A stretch of DNA of 64,000 nt, from NCBI RefSeq assembly GCF_036971445.1, contig NC_091482.1, positions 50,592,001-50,656,000 on the forward strand, written 5' to 3'. Position numbers and translations under genes: made by a program. The first letter of the stretch is position 1, and the number at the start of each line of letters is the position of its first letter. The notes under the pieces are model-generated. The model did no database searches. It was not told the origin of the DNA and worked only from the letters and a program-made list of their open reading frames with translations. Positions 51,598 through 64,000 of this stretch are shown one piece after another. This DNA is from Narcine bancroftii. Taxonomy: Eukaryota.

Positions 51598-52782
51598 TGG
51601 GATAAACTATCAATGACTCGCATCAGACTATCGGTTATGATTAAATAGGCTTTAATCATCATAAACTACAGGCATATCTCACATGTATATGGCCCAGTTC
51701 CAAGACAGGTATTGAGGGAGGGGGGTTTGGCTATAACCGCCTTAATGAGGATTCTCAAGGGAAGAGTTACAGGTACAGGGTGGGCCAACTCATACAGTAC
51801 ATTCATATTAGACAGCACTAAACAGTTACACTCTGGTTCCATTATGGGTTCAGCCTGTTATTCCATTATTCAGTCCGGTGGTCATCTGTCATTGCATAGT
51901 GTTGGCTGTGAGTCAGCTGTTGGGTCCCATGCAGTGCCTTGCGTGACAGGCTGGGTGTCTAGTGGCTGAAAAGAGTTAATGGGGTGGGGGGGGGGGGATA
52001 TGTAGGTTGTTCAGTCTGTAGTTGGGATGGGACCCCGGGTGCCATTAGTGGGGTTGGGTTCCTGAATGTGCTGCCGGTAGTCGTGGGGGGGGTGGGGTAC
52101 TGGCTGGTCAATGTGCCAGGATCCAGATGGAAACGGTGTCTTTCTGTCCATCCTGGTACTTCACATAAGTGTACTGGGGGTTCGCAAGGAGGAGGTGGAC
52201 CTTCTCGACCAGGGATCTGTCGTGGCTTCTGGTGTGTCTCCGAAGTAGGATGGGTCCTGGGGTCATCAGCTAGATTGGCAGTGCGGTTCCCAATGCTAAC
52301 TTCTTGGGGAAGGAAAACAGCCTTTCATGCGGGGTAGCATTTTTAGCAGTACAGAGGAGGGACCTGGTAATGTGGAGCGCCTCTGAGAGGACCTCACCAC
52401 TGGGAAATGGGCAGGCCTTACAACCTGAGGGCTAGGAGGATTGCCCTCCAAACGGTGGCATTTGCCCTCTCCACCTTGCTGTTCCCTTAGGGGTTGTAGC
52501 TGGTGGTCCTGCTTGTGGCTATACCCTTGGCCAGCAGGTACTGGCACAACTCATCACTCATAAAGAAGGACCCTCCCTCCCACCCTGGGCATGCGAACAG
52601 AGTGAACAGGTAGCGCCGTGCCTTGATGGTCACCGCCGTGTTCGTATCTGGGCAGGGGATGGTGAATGGGAAACGTGAGTACTTGTCGACAACGTTGAGA
52701 AAGTACACGTTCCTGTTGGTGGAGGGGAGGGTGCCCTTGACGTCCATACTCAGACATTCAAAAGGGTAGGTGGCTTTAATTA
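51598..52782 (-). mobile_element. Gypsy LTR retrotransposon remnant (integrase plus probable 3' LTR)
   Basis: LIKATYPFECLSMDVKGTLPSTNRNVYFLNVVDKYSRFPF...FMSDELCQYLLAKGIATSRTTSYNP, a DDE integrase core. LTR-like segment at about 51598-51830. Confidence 0.8.
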
Positions 52783-53421
52783 GGCTTCCTCTGGCTGATA
52801 ATAAAACTTGCTTTGGCAAAACTTTAATTTAAATGTCTGGCGATAACTTTTCTGCTTATAAACTTTGCTTCTTTCTCTGTTTGAATTTGAATTCATCTCA
52901 ATTCCAGAATCTGGAATATCTTCTGGACATGAATTGGGACCATTCATTTTACACTCATTATTTACAGCACCCTTTCTCAGTCCAAAGCACAGCTGCTCAA
53001 GGAGAACCAAATGGCTCCCATACCAATCTCAGCCATTCTCAACAGGGCTCTACCACTTCCTCCCCCACCCACCCTGGGGGCCATTAAGTAAAAGCTTTGC
53101 TTTCTTTTCACCTCAGGTAACAAAGTATTTTATGCTTTTATGTAGTCAGTAGAAGTATAGAAACCAAAACTTGGCTGCATCACGGGGAAGGGGGCCCATA
53201 AACTTTGAGCAGAGTCCTAGCTGGGGGGGGGGGGGCATCATTAGGAAAAAGTTGAGAATGGCTGTTTTAAACCACCTTATACAAATGAATGGACTGCCAC
53301 AACTGTCATTCTATTGATCACTTCGCAGATAAGAGACAGTTATGCTTCAATGATAATTATTCTTGCGACTGATCCTCAACTATAATCTCAGATAGGCAAG
53401 ATTCGTATTTATTTTTGCAGG

Positions 53422-53854
53422 TGTAAGGTAAAACATCATGAGATGGGAATGTGTAGGGAGTTACCCTGTACAAGGCTGTAACAAGAAGGGGAGGTGTCCT
53501 TGTACTCCTGTTAGGTAAAACATCATGAGATGGGAATGTACGGGGCAGTAACAAGATGTGAATGCATCCTTGTACTTACAAGATAAGAGAGACATTGATG
53601 GATTGAGAGGCAGGAAGCTAGCAGGGAAAGGATAGCAACAGTTTTAGTCATTGGACAAGTAATGATATGATGATGTTCTAAGCATGTATCCAAGGGTATA
53701 AAAAATCACCATTTTGCTGATAACGGCAGAATGCATTCTCCGACTAACATGTTTAGTCGCAAGTGTTACAATCCGGTAATAAAGAACAAAGAACCCTGAT
53801 TTCGACTCAGCCTGGTATTTGTCTCACTCATTCATGAACAAAGCAGACCTAACA
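53422..53854 (+). mobile_element. Solo LTR (433 bp), copy B
   Basis: TG...CA termini; 4-bp TSD CAGG (53418-53421, 53855-53858); TATAAAA near 53697 and AATAAA near 53778. Confidence 0.9.
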
Positions 53855-54297
53855 CAGGTCAGAAGAGCGAGAGGGGACTTGACAGAAAGATACATGATCC
53901 TGAGTGGTGTGGAGAGGCTCTTTTATATTATTGGAGAGCTCAGAACAAATGGTCACTGTTTATAGATAAGGGGGTCACCCTAATCCTTTACTTCCCATGG
54001 ATATTGCGTGACCTGCAGAGCTCCTCCAGCAAATTTGTGTGTTGCACTTGACCCCCCGGTGTCTGCAAACTTTCTTGTTTAACTCTAGGCCACTCATTCA
54101 AGACAAATGTTTTTTTTACCCTTTCTCAGAGGCTGAACCCTTTTCCTCAAAGGGCATCGAAAGGCAAGAGATAGATTTTTGATTAGCAAGAGGGAGAAAG
54201 GTTATTGGAAGCAGATGGGAAAAGATGCTACAATGACATCAGCTATGATCCAAAGTGGAACAAGTTTGATTTAATTGACCGATGCCTAATTTAGATA

Positions 54298-54506
54298 CAG
54301 TAAAACTCCTGATATCCAGAATTCAAACGACCAGCAGCCTCAAGCAACCGCAAAAAGAATTGCGAAAAAGAAACAGGTAAAAAATAGGGAAGTTCAAAAT
54401 TGGTGCGCCTCACTGTTAGTTTGCCAATCATGCAATGCGCAACTGAAAAATTCACTCCTACGGCATCTACCGATCCCCATGGATGCCGAATACAGGGGCT
54501 TTACTG
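54298..54506. mobile_element. Tigger-type MITE
   Basis: TA|CAGTAAAACTCCTGATATCC ... GAATACAGGGGCTTTACTG|TA. Confidence 0.75.
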
Positions 54507-55829
54507 TATTCACATTGTATCTCATCTTCTTATCCTTCCTTACCAAAATGTGGCATCTTCATGTGAAATATTAGATTATATATTAGGTTCTAAAAAAACA
54601 ATCATATTTTCAAAGTCAAATGAAGAAATGCCTTAAAATTAAGTCATTCATAAGTAAAGTGAGTAGATTGTCAGGCAGTGACATGTTATGAATTTCATCT
54701 GCAATATGATTTCCCTGGCACCCTGAAGCACACCTGCACTGTTATTCACATTAGAGTCGTAGCACGTTTGAAGGCTGCTTTGGAGACTTAAATTTGGGTT
54801 CGAATCTGAAGCTTACAGTGGCTGGAGCTGAGATTATTGCACAAAGCAGACATTGTACAAGAACCTCGAGGGGCATCCAAAGGAATGCTAATAATTTAAC
54901 ATTTTAAATTAGTGCTGCAAAAGAAGCAGAAAAAATACACATGGGTGAAATTATAATCAAGTGTTCAGCATAGGATGCACCTAAGTAGAGAGCTGTTTTT
55001 ACAGAGTTCACCTAACCCTGTTTCAAGTATAAGAAATTTGTTAGCTACAGTATTGTAAAGGCACAGTGTGGATGAGTAGTTACACACATTGCAGAGTAAA
55101 AGATTTGATCAGTGAATTGCATCAAAGCAAGAAAATGCTGACTTAGTGCAGAATAGCACCAAGGAAACAAATGAAGTATTGATTACAGTTCTTCCACTAC
55201 CCTATTGGAAGGATGGCACAGTCAGGATTGACCAGGATGATACTTCGAATTGAGGGCTGCAGTTCTAAGGAGAGGATGGATAAGATAAATGTATTCCCGT
55301 TGAACAGTGCACATGGATTTGCCAGCATTTCCCCGACAAGTCCAGGGCAAAAAAAATCAACCTCAGTCATGCTGGGTTCAGACCCAACTGTAGTGCTGCC
55401 GGAGAGACTCCTCCTCATATCCAGAGAGCTTTCACACTTGCAATCTAATCACTTTACTTATAAACGTCTTCATTTGAAGACATTTCTTCATTTGACATTT
55501 AAAATATGATTTTTTTTTTGAAACCTAATACGTAATTTGATATTTCACATGAAGATGCCAGATTTTGGTAAGGAGGAACAAGAAAATGAGATACAATGTG
55601 AATACAGTAAAGCCCCTGGTATTCGGCATCCATGGGGATCGGTAGATGCCGGAGGAGTGAATTTTCCAGTTGGGTGATTGGCAAACTAACAGGGAGGTTC
55701 ATCAATTTTGAACTTCCCTATTGTTTACCTGTTTCTTTTCCGCAATTATTTTCACGGTTGCTTGAGGCTGCCGGTTGCATGAACACAAAACATGGCCACC
55801 AAGTTTCAGAAAAACTTGAGCATGAAATG

Positions 55830-57006
55830 CAGGGGTGTCAAACTCAAATTCACGGAGGGCCAAAATTAAAAACTTGGACTAAGTCGAGGGCCGAACTAAA
55901 TATTTATTGAAAATTTTCAACAACATCTGCATGTTTTCTCTTCTTTCAACATATGTAATGTTAAACTTTAGGATATAACTTTAGGAGGATAATGTTACAG
56001 GTCAGGAGTAGGTAGCTCAAGTTCACCCTTTGCTTGACCTGAGGGAAACCTATTTGGTCCCTGTGGAGGTGTAGTCAGCATTCACAGGCTGTGTCCATTT
56101 TGGCCTGCATCAGGACTCAGCATTTCCTGCTCATTCCTCAGGCTCTAGGCCTCTATTCACCCTCGACCCACCATCCCTCTACCTGACCAGTCCTTTACCC
56201 AACCTCTACTCACCCCTCACTCCACTCGCTCTGCCTCTACCCACCCCATCCCATACACACCCCTCTACTGCCTCTCCCCTCAACCTGTTCCTCCCTCTAC
56301 CCGTCTCTCACCCTCTAATCACCCCTCCCCTACTCGTCCTGCCCCTCCCCTTTTACCTCTTCACTATCCATCCCTCCTTCTACTCATCCCTCCCTCTAAC
56401 TGCCCCTCGCACCACCATAACTTCCCCTGCTCATTACTCCTCACCTACACCCTCTGCCCACCCCTGCTTACCCACCCACTCAGGCCCAGCACGCTGCCGA
56501 TCAGCCTTTGCGGACAGCCACCATCTCTCTCTCTTCACGTGCAGGGCCGAACCTGCAGTCCCTGGGGTCCGCGCGGGTGCAAGTGCTGAAGGCCGTGGCG
56601 ACCGGGAGAAGTGCGCTCGCGCTGTGGAAGGGCCGTCCGGTGCCAGTCGCGCGGGGCACACGCTGCCCGGGGGCCGTGCGCAGCCTGCCATGCCTGTCGC
56701 GCCGACAGGAAATCACAGGTGCTCGCCCATCCGCCGCACCGCTCGACAGGTGGGAGAAGTGACTGGTTGCGCGGGGAGCCTTCCAACTGGCTTGCCGGCT
56801 GATGACATCAACAGACTTCTCGTGTTACAATTTCTCGTGTTACAATGGGGAAGGATGTGCAATGAAGGGGGAGGATGGTGGGGGTGAGATTACCAAAAAA
56901 CAGCATCGGCTCTCGCTGCAGGGCGGGCCACCTCTAATACATTTTTGAAATGATCTTGCGGGCCAAATATAATATATAGCCCGCAGGCCAGAGTTTGACA
57001 TATGTG
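55830..57006. mobile_element. Non-autonomous hAT element with captured cargo (Pack-TIR-like), copy 2
   Basis: Termini CAGGGGTGTCAAACTC ... GAGTTTGACATATGTG; 8-bp TSD ATGAAATG (55822-55829) / ATCAAATG (57007-57014). Confidence 0.85.
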
Positions 57007-58093
57007 ATCAAATGGATCGAAATTTACCAAAGGGTACAATTCTCTCGACCCAAGCCTTATATTCCACCTCATATCGTTAAGCAGATCATCCAGATTCCTG
57101 TGCTTGTTATGAAACATTGTGTCTGAACTAATTCATCAGTGAGATCCACATTGCAGGAGATCCACTTTGTAACATGGTCCTAGTGTTGCCATTAAACACA
57201 CATCATTATTGACAGAACAGAATACACTTAGTCCTCCATTCAAGCCATTCTTGAATTGCGCATCAAAACCTTTAATATTTACTGGTTTATCTATCACAGA
57301 AGTAATCAAACCATTGCAAAAAATGTTATGTATCCGAGAAGAGAGAAGTGGTTTAGTTATGTTTTACATATAATCAATACAAAGGACTCTTGTATAGATT
57401 AAAAAGAGATGTGCCCCAAATAAGTTGAAAACAAAGGAAGCTAAATTTTTATATTTTCTTTAAGGAGATCATCAATATATTTCAGGAATTGAATCGCTAT
57501 GAAGTGCTGGGGATGGGCATTCTTGATCACAAACAACACTAGACAATTGTTCCAAACACCCTTCAGCTTGCTGAGATTTTAGCCCAGGAAAAGCAGGGTT
57601 AAAACAAGTTGATGTTCAGAAGAAAGGTTTAATTGCATTTTGGGGGGGGGGGGGGGGAGTCCTGAGCACTGGCTGGGTTGACAGAGAGCATTTCAAGGAG
57701 GGGGAGAACGAGTCAAATAGATTCTCAGAAATGGGAAGGATGGCAGAGGCCAGTCCAAAATTAAATCCAGCAGGTTTTGCAGCCTCCCTTCTTTATTCCC
57801 CTCATATTGATTCACTCCATTTCAGAATTAACCGGCTACGGTTCTTTTGACATTCACCTTCATGTATCCTTTACCAAGTTTCATTTTCATGTTGTCATGT
57901 TTAACCATCCCTCTCTTTGGTTATAATATCAGCAACTTGATGCGTTTAATCCTTTTTTGGGGGCACATCTCTTTTTAATCTTTGCTCCTGCCATCTAACT
58001 AAGAATGCAACTCAACTAATTGCCTGGATGTTAACTGATATAGAGTAATGGCACATTAAGGAAAACAAAATGAGATTATTTTTTCTATCTTAC

Positions 58094-58277
58094 CTTGCTG
58101 GACAGTCCAATGTATTGCATGATTCAATTACCAGAGGGGGTTTAGGAAGCTCATAACATGCTGATTCATTCACCCCTTTTCCATTTGCATTTAGGCAGAC
58201 CAGTTTCCTGTAGTGGATTCCAAAGTTGCCACATGTGGTAGTGCAGGCAGCCCAGTCACCAGGTGCCCACATGAAAT
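58094..58277 (-). CDS. ADAMTSL3: ADAMTSL3-like exon (TSP1 repeat)
   Basis: Minus strand gaatag|AT...GCAAG|gtaag, 184 nt. Encodes FMWAPGDWAACTTTCGNFGIHYRKLVCLNANGKGVNESACYELPKPPLVIESCNTLDCPAR, a TSR with ADAMTSL3-like ANG and DCPAR. Confidence 0.9.
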
Positions 58278-59291
58278 CTATTCACACGAAAAAAACACAA
58301 TGATAAGAAGGGATAACTGTTAATGGAATTCATAATCAGTAATGTGTAGCATTAAAACTATATTTTAATAATACATTACATTTTAAACTTAGACATTCAG
58401 GCCCTTTCGGCCGTCAACCCCATGCCCCCAATTGACCTACAACCCAGTAAATATAGTGCAAATGCAAAAATCTAAATATTATATATAAATGAAAAAATAA
58501 ATTTTAATGTATATTATGATTTAAAATTAAATTTTGCAGAGATAAAAGGCTGCTGGAGATGCCATTTAGTCTTTTGTAAGCTGCTTCAAGAAGTTATAAG
58601 TAAAACAAAACCTTGAATGATTTTTAATGGGTGGGGATTCACTTTCAGCTGAGTTCTGGATCTCCCCCACTTACGAATGCATATGAAAGAGCATTGGGGA
58701 TGGATAGGCACTCTTGATGTCCTTTCATGAAAAATGCTCATAAAATTATAACACCAGGAGGAAAAATTTGCATCTTTCTTGTGAAAATTTCATTGTGAAA
58801 TTTGAAATTATGAGACGGAGCGCAGAAAGGAAGGACGAAATTTGACGTCCCTTATCAAATACATTCAATGGAAGGGAAAGGAGCACGGTCCAGTATTCCC
58901 ACTGCCTCATTCAGGAAATTCTCAACAAAAACCAGCAGAGACAAAACTTTTAGATCACGTTAAAAATAGGCTTGTTACATCCATTCTTCTCTGTACAGGT
59001 CAGAAGTCTTATGGGTGACAATTAATATCACAATTCTATTCCAAGTAATTGTGCCTGTCTCAAGATATAGACACTAACTGAATTTATTCTTCAGGCGTAG
59101 GATTTTTGCGTCACTCATATTGTGATATCGAGGCTGGTCTTTTTCAAGTGAAAACGGGTGTCCTTGAAACACTGGTGCTCTCAAACGATTGCCAGGATGG
59201 TTCAGAAGTGGATAGTAGACGTGAGGGAAAGGGATGAAATGGAGGGAGGAGGCATTGGTGGCCTGTGATGGCATTTGGTGGTACAGGTCTG

Positions 59292-59655
59292 CAGGGGCGT
59301 ATCTACACAAAATAGCGCCTATGGCAGGGGTGGCCAGTGCTTCAAAATAAACAGCAACAAGGAGGTTGCACGAGGAATGGCCTTGGTGGCGCCATGTTGA
59401 ACGCTAGGGTGTGGAAGGAGGATGAGTGTACTGAGTGTAAAAGTATATTTTTAATGGGTGGGGTTCACTTTCAGCTGAGTCCTGGACCTCCCCAGTTACG
59501 AATGCCCAGCTTGTGACTACTCACTGCATATGAAAGAGCGTTTGGGATGGATAGGCACTCTTGATGTCCTTTCATGTCCTGCTGACAGCGCTGTGGGGGG
59601 GGGCTTTCTTCAAGTGGTGCCCCCCCCTTCAAGTGGCGCCCCAGGCCTAACCCTG
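59292..59655. mobile_element. Small hAT-type element carrying a copy of nearby sequence
   Basis: CAGGG...CCCTG termini; perfect 8-bp TSD CAGGTCTG (59284-59291, 59656-59663). Confidence 0.8.
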
Positions 59656-61469
59656 CAGGTCTGGGCTTCAGCGATCAGCTAACTCTGAGGTCAGGCTGAT
59701 GGAAGGCCAAGAGACTGTGGTAAAATGTCACTCCAAATTAAGAAAGGCAGGGAATTCATTTCACTCACAAACCTTCCAATATATTGGAAATAGTAGAAGT
59801 TCCACTCCTGCTTTTCACTGATATTTGCCCATTTTACAGACAGTGTCATTGAAAAATCACATGACACCCTTGGAAATATAATCTTTTAATGATGTAACAC
59901 TGAAAAAGCAGTTGCACATTTACATTTCTCAGTGGATGTCCAACAAATAAGAAACATAACCATAAATAAGATCAAATTGCCGGGGTTTTATGGGCCAGAA
60001 TTGCAACGATGAACTGGCTTTACACAATAGACAATTCATTACATTTTCTGGAGCTTCCAGTGTGGCTGTTAGGTGCGATGTTGATTTATTATTGCTCAAA
60101 ATCCTTGCTTGCACCACATATTTGCAGAACGTAGTGAAATTTAGCCATTTTCAGCTGTGGACAATGTACACAGAATAACTGAGTGTTAATGAAATATTTG
60201 ACAGGCCGTAAAAATCGTAAGCAGAAAAAAATGTTGGAAAACTCTCGTCAAAGAGTAATTACTTCTACAGGAGCTAGTATCATATCACCCGACCTGCTGC
60301 TCTTCCCTTCCACCTAAGGGCCTCAACCAGTGTCTTTTTTTTTGGCAGTGTCAATCTTGCTGTTGTGGTTATAAGATTGGGCCTGCAGGACCAGACCAAC
60401 TCAAGCTGGAGGGGTGCATGACATCATCTTGTCCGTGCTCCTCAATCCAATAAACTTTTCTCTTGCCTTATACCCATAATCATGACATAGAGTAAATAAC
60501 TCGAGAGACTGTCTCAGTCACTGATTTACAGGCTCAATGCACAGGGACCTCGTCCTGGGCCGTAACCCGGGCTTTCTGGCGAAGGGTCAAGGAGTTAGAG
60601 GTTTGACACAAGGTCGGAGAGGGAGGGGGGCCACAGGCACGGGGCGGAGCCAGGTAGTCAGGAGAACAGCACAAACTTTCCAAAATTTCAGAACAATTCC
60701 ATTGGCTTCTTTGTTCCTCTTCTGCTTTATGGTTGATTCTTCTGATCGCTCTTGTGTGCTTTGAATTGTAAAGCTTTGAGTGACTTTCTTCAGTTAAAGC
60801 ACACAGAAATGCCAGAGGAACTCAGCTGGTCTCGCAGCATCCAAAGGAGATACAGATATATCACCAATGTTTCGGGCCCGAGCCTCTTGTCTGGGTGCAT
60901 ATGAACAAGAAAGCCTGCAGATGTTTTAGTTTTTGCGATCCCTGCTGCCAGTTGAGAGGACTCTGACTTTCAAAACGACAATACAGAAAGCTGGGGGGGC
61001 AGGGGTTGATTTGAAATCCTCCTCAGGAATTGTCAATGAAGGAACACAAAAATAATCAGCCCAGTGAGAATGTTCTGCTTTTTAGTAAGATCAACATCAA
61101 TCTTGGGCGTCAAGGCCATTTTTCAACCTGATTCTCGTCCCTTGATTGTTCAAAGATCTGTTCATCTTTACCTGAATATATTCTACAAATGTCCTTCCAC
61201 ATATGAAGAATTGCAAAACTCTTTGACTAAAGAACTTCCCTGTTACCTCAGTCTTACAATGCAGACCCACATAAAGTGAATGCAACTGCAAGTCTCTCTC
61301 ACTGCTTCTCTGCAGTTACCATTGTTGTTCTCACTTGTTGGCTCCTCGGGCCGCACCCTGAAAACCGCTTCAGCTAGCGGCCAAAAACAAGTGAGGGGGT
61401 GGTCTCATTACTACGCAACTGGGCGATCATCCCAAGGTGGAGCAGGAGGAAGAGGAGACATCTCCTAAT

Positions 61470-61780
61470 GACTGCAAAGGCGGACGAGGATGCCCAACGA
61501 TGGGTAGGGAGGCTTAGCACGCTGCAAGAGTTGCCGTAGACTCACAACATGCAAGGCTTGTCTGCCTAGCGTGTGAAGCCTGGATTTTGTGGACTGTGCA
61601 GAAGAAACCATCACTGGTTCAATGGGCAGAAAGGCGATTGTCAGCAATGCATCGTGGAGCACTGAGGACACAGAGAGACGCATACAGAACACTGCTAGCC
61701 ATCCACAGCATCCTGACCTGCCTCCAGCCATCTCAACTGTGCCATGCCACTGGGTGGAATAGGCCAGGATGAGAGAGAGA
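61470..61780 (+). mobile_element. Decayed RTE-like LINE 3' end
   Basis: Degenerate coding-like tract ending in a (GA)n microsatellite tail. Confidence 0.4.
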
Positions 61781-62039
61781 GGCTGATGACCTGCGCAACG
61801 CTCCCTCCCTTTAATCCAAGTCAAGCGCAAGTCATGACTTCATGACTTCTCAAGTTTGACAAACGTGTCCTGCTGAGCGTCTCTAACACATTAGTGCATT
61901 GCACCTCCAAGCCCCAACCATGGAGAGTTTCTCATCATCTACCTGTCAGTCTCTTACAGAAACTTGGACATCTTAACACGATGATCTCACATTCTCCAAA
62001 ACTCCAATGAGCGCAGGACACACTTCCTCAAGGTCAAAA

Positions 62040-62850
62040 AGTTCAAACTTCAGAGTTATTGTCAGAGTACATGCCTGATATTACATACAACCTTGAGATT
62101 CCTTTTCCTGTGGGCAATGCAGAATTACCATATATTGGTAGTTCAAAAACTGTACTCAAGAAGATACATGTAGATATAAACAAATAAAGAAATGGAAGCA
62201 AACAGAGAAAAAAAATCAACAAAGAGCAAAAGTAAGAATCCTTTGAGTTTTAGTTTGCTGTTGAGTAGTCTAGTCTGACGGTGGAGGGGTAGCAGCTGTT
62301 CCTGAACCTGGTGGCGTGAGCCTTGCAGCACCTATACCTCTTTGTTGATGGTAGCAGGGAGAACAGAGCATGTGGTGGATGGTGTGGATCCTTGATGATT
62401 GCTGCTCCTCTCTGACAGATGTTCTCAATGGTGGGGAGGGTTTTGCCTGTGATGTCCTGGCCTGTATCCACTATCTTTTGCAGGGATTTCCACTCAGGGG
62501 TATTGGTGTCCCCATACCAGACCATATTGCAGTTGGTCAGCACACTTTCCACCTCAAATCTGTGGAAATTTGCCAGGGTTTCTGATGTCACACCTAACCT
62601 CCGCAAGCTCCCGAGGAAGTAGAGGCACTTGTGTGCTTTCTTCATGGTGCCCTTTGATGTGTTGGGTCTAGGAAAGATTCTCCGGGATAGTGACTCCTAA
62701 GAAGTTAAAATTTGCTCACCCTCTCCACCTCTGATCCCCCAGTGATGGCTGGATCATACGCCTCTGGTTTTCTCTTCCTGAAGTCAACAATCAGCTCCTT
62801 GATTTTGGTGACATTAAGTGTGAGTGCATCATTCAGCCAAGTTCTCAATC
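62040..62850 (-). mobile_element. Rex1-type LINE 3' fragment
   Basis: LNVTKIKELIVDFRK and KKAHKCLYFLGSLRRLG...IIKDPHHPPHALFSLLPSTKRYR...RFRNSCYP. Confidence 0.85.
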
Positions 62851-63166
62851 TCCCCCCCCTTATGAACCCACTGTAGTGGTATCGTAGTGAATTTGTAAAT
62901 GGTGTTGACATCCGAGCCACACCGTCATAGGTTTATAGCGAGTAGAGCAGGGAGTGAAGGACCTTTCATCAGAGGGCAACCACTGATCCCTCTCTACCAT
63001 TTATTTCAAGAATCAACCTCACGAATATCCTGGACCAACTTCAGAACTAACACTCCATATTATAACTCACCAATGTGGTAGACTCTGAACTCCCTCTTTA
63101 CTTCAGAGGCAATGAGGGATGGACATAAAAAGTGCTGAGATTCCATGAACAAATAAAATTTAAGTA

Positions 63167-63662
63167 CAGCCATTCCTCGACATGTGTCCAAGTTCCATTC
63201 GGACTGACCGGTCGGATCTCAAAATGGACATGTCAGACATTTGTTAGCTTGGCATGTACATTCTTTTATCAATATATAAATACACTTGTACTTGGCTGAA
63301 GGCCATCACAGTCTTCATCTTGGTGGGTTGAGGGGGTAGGGGGTTGTGTGGGGAGTCACACATTTGCTCCTTCAAAGGCTCAAAAAGACTTCAAGCCTTC
63401 GCCTGAATAGTTTTTTCAATTTGATCTTCCATCCACACCATCGACTTTTCTATTTTGTGAACGGGCCCTTGCTGTTGCATTGTTATTTTCATTAGACTTG
63501 TTGGGTTGCCGAACCTTTCAATGGTTCCCGTATTTTTTCTTTTCCCTTTAAAACTGTAGAGACCATTGAATGGGACCAACTGCAGATCATGTGCAATCAC
63601 ATTAACTTTTTGTGCTCCTTCATATCGGTTGACGACCTTTAGTTTCAATTCCAAATCAATCT
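63167..63662 (-). mobile_element. Tigger transposase remnant
   Basis: ELKLKVVNRYEGAQKVNVIAHDL (psq HTH) and VWMEDQ (CENP-B HTH); TA|CAG terminus at 63167. Confidence 0.7.
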
Positions 63663-64000
63663 ATGTTCTTAGCCCCCTGCTCTACTCACCTTACAATGAT
63701 GAGCGAGTGGCTGAGTACGACAATAACACCATCTACAAATTTGCTGATGATACCACTGAAGTGAGTTGTATAAAGAAAGGTGATGAGTCAGCGTATCGGA
63801 AGGAGATTGAAAACTTGGCTGAATGGTGCACTAACAACAACCTTGCACTCAATCTCACTAAGAAGCTGATTGTTGACTTCAGGAAATCTCGAGGTATACG
63901 ATCTAGTGATCATTGGGGGAACAGAGATGAAGAGGGTGAGAAAATTTAAGTTCTTGGGAGTCACTATTGTGGAGGTTCTTTTCTGGTCTTAACATACAAA
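63663..64000 (+). mobile_element. Rex1-type LINE RT fragment (runs off the window)
   Basis: VLSPLLYS...IYKFADDTT...DESAYRKEIENLAEWCTNNNLALN...LIVDFRK. Confidence 0.85.

Noticed and set aside
59074-60178. Short ORFs as further ADAMTSL3 (Ig-domain) exons
   Set aside because: No Ig or TSR Cys/Trp pattern in the frames examined; the next exon probably lies beyond the window.

Overview
Eukaryotic genomic DNA, most likely from a cartilaginous fish (inferred from V-SINEs, elasmobranch-type Penelope-like repeats and Rex1/CR1 LINEs). It holds the 3' ends of two convergent genes: two terminal coding exons of a SAXO2 (FAM154B)-like gene on + (7526-10690) and five terminal exons of an ADAMTSL3-like gene on - (58277 to 32706; TSP1 repeats plus PLAC domain). 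All internal splice phases are consistent. The rest is intron/intergenic DNA dense with mobile elements: V-SINEs, Rex1, CR1, L1-like and RTE LINEs (one near full length), solo LTRs with TSDs, a Gypsy integrase remnant, Tigger MITEs and Penelope-like remnants. Most notable: (i) three non-autonomous hAT elements with 8-bp TSDs carrying captured cargo (Pack-TIR-like), one with a copy of sequence lying about 830 bp away and one with a CpG-rich fragment with splice sites; (ii) repeated minimal hammerhead-ribozyme-like motifs with an apparently family-wide variant core in Penelope-like inverted arms; (iii) AviRTE-like LINE fragments forming an inverted pair. There is no CRISPR array or prokaryotic system. 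Family names come from recalled motifs, not database searches, and TE boundaries without TSDs are approximate.
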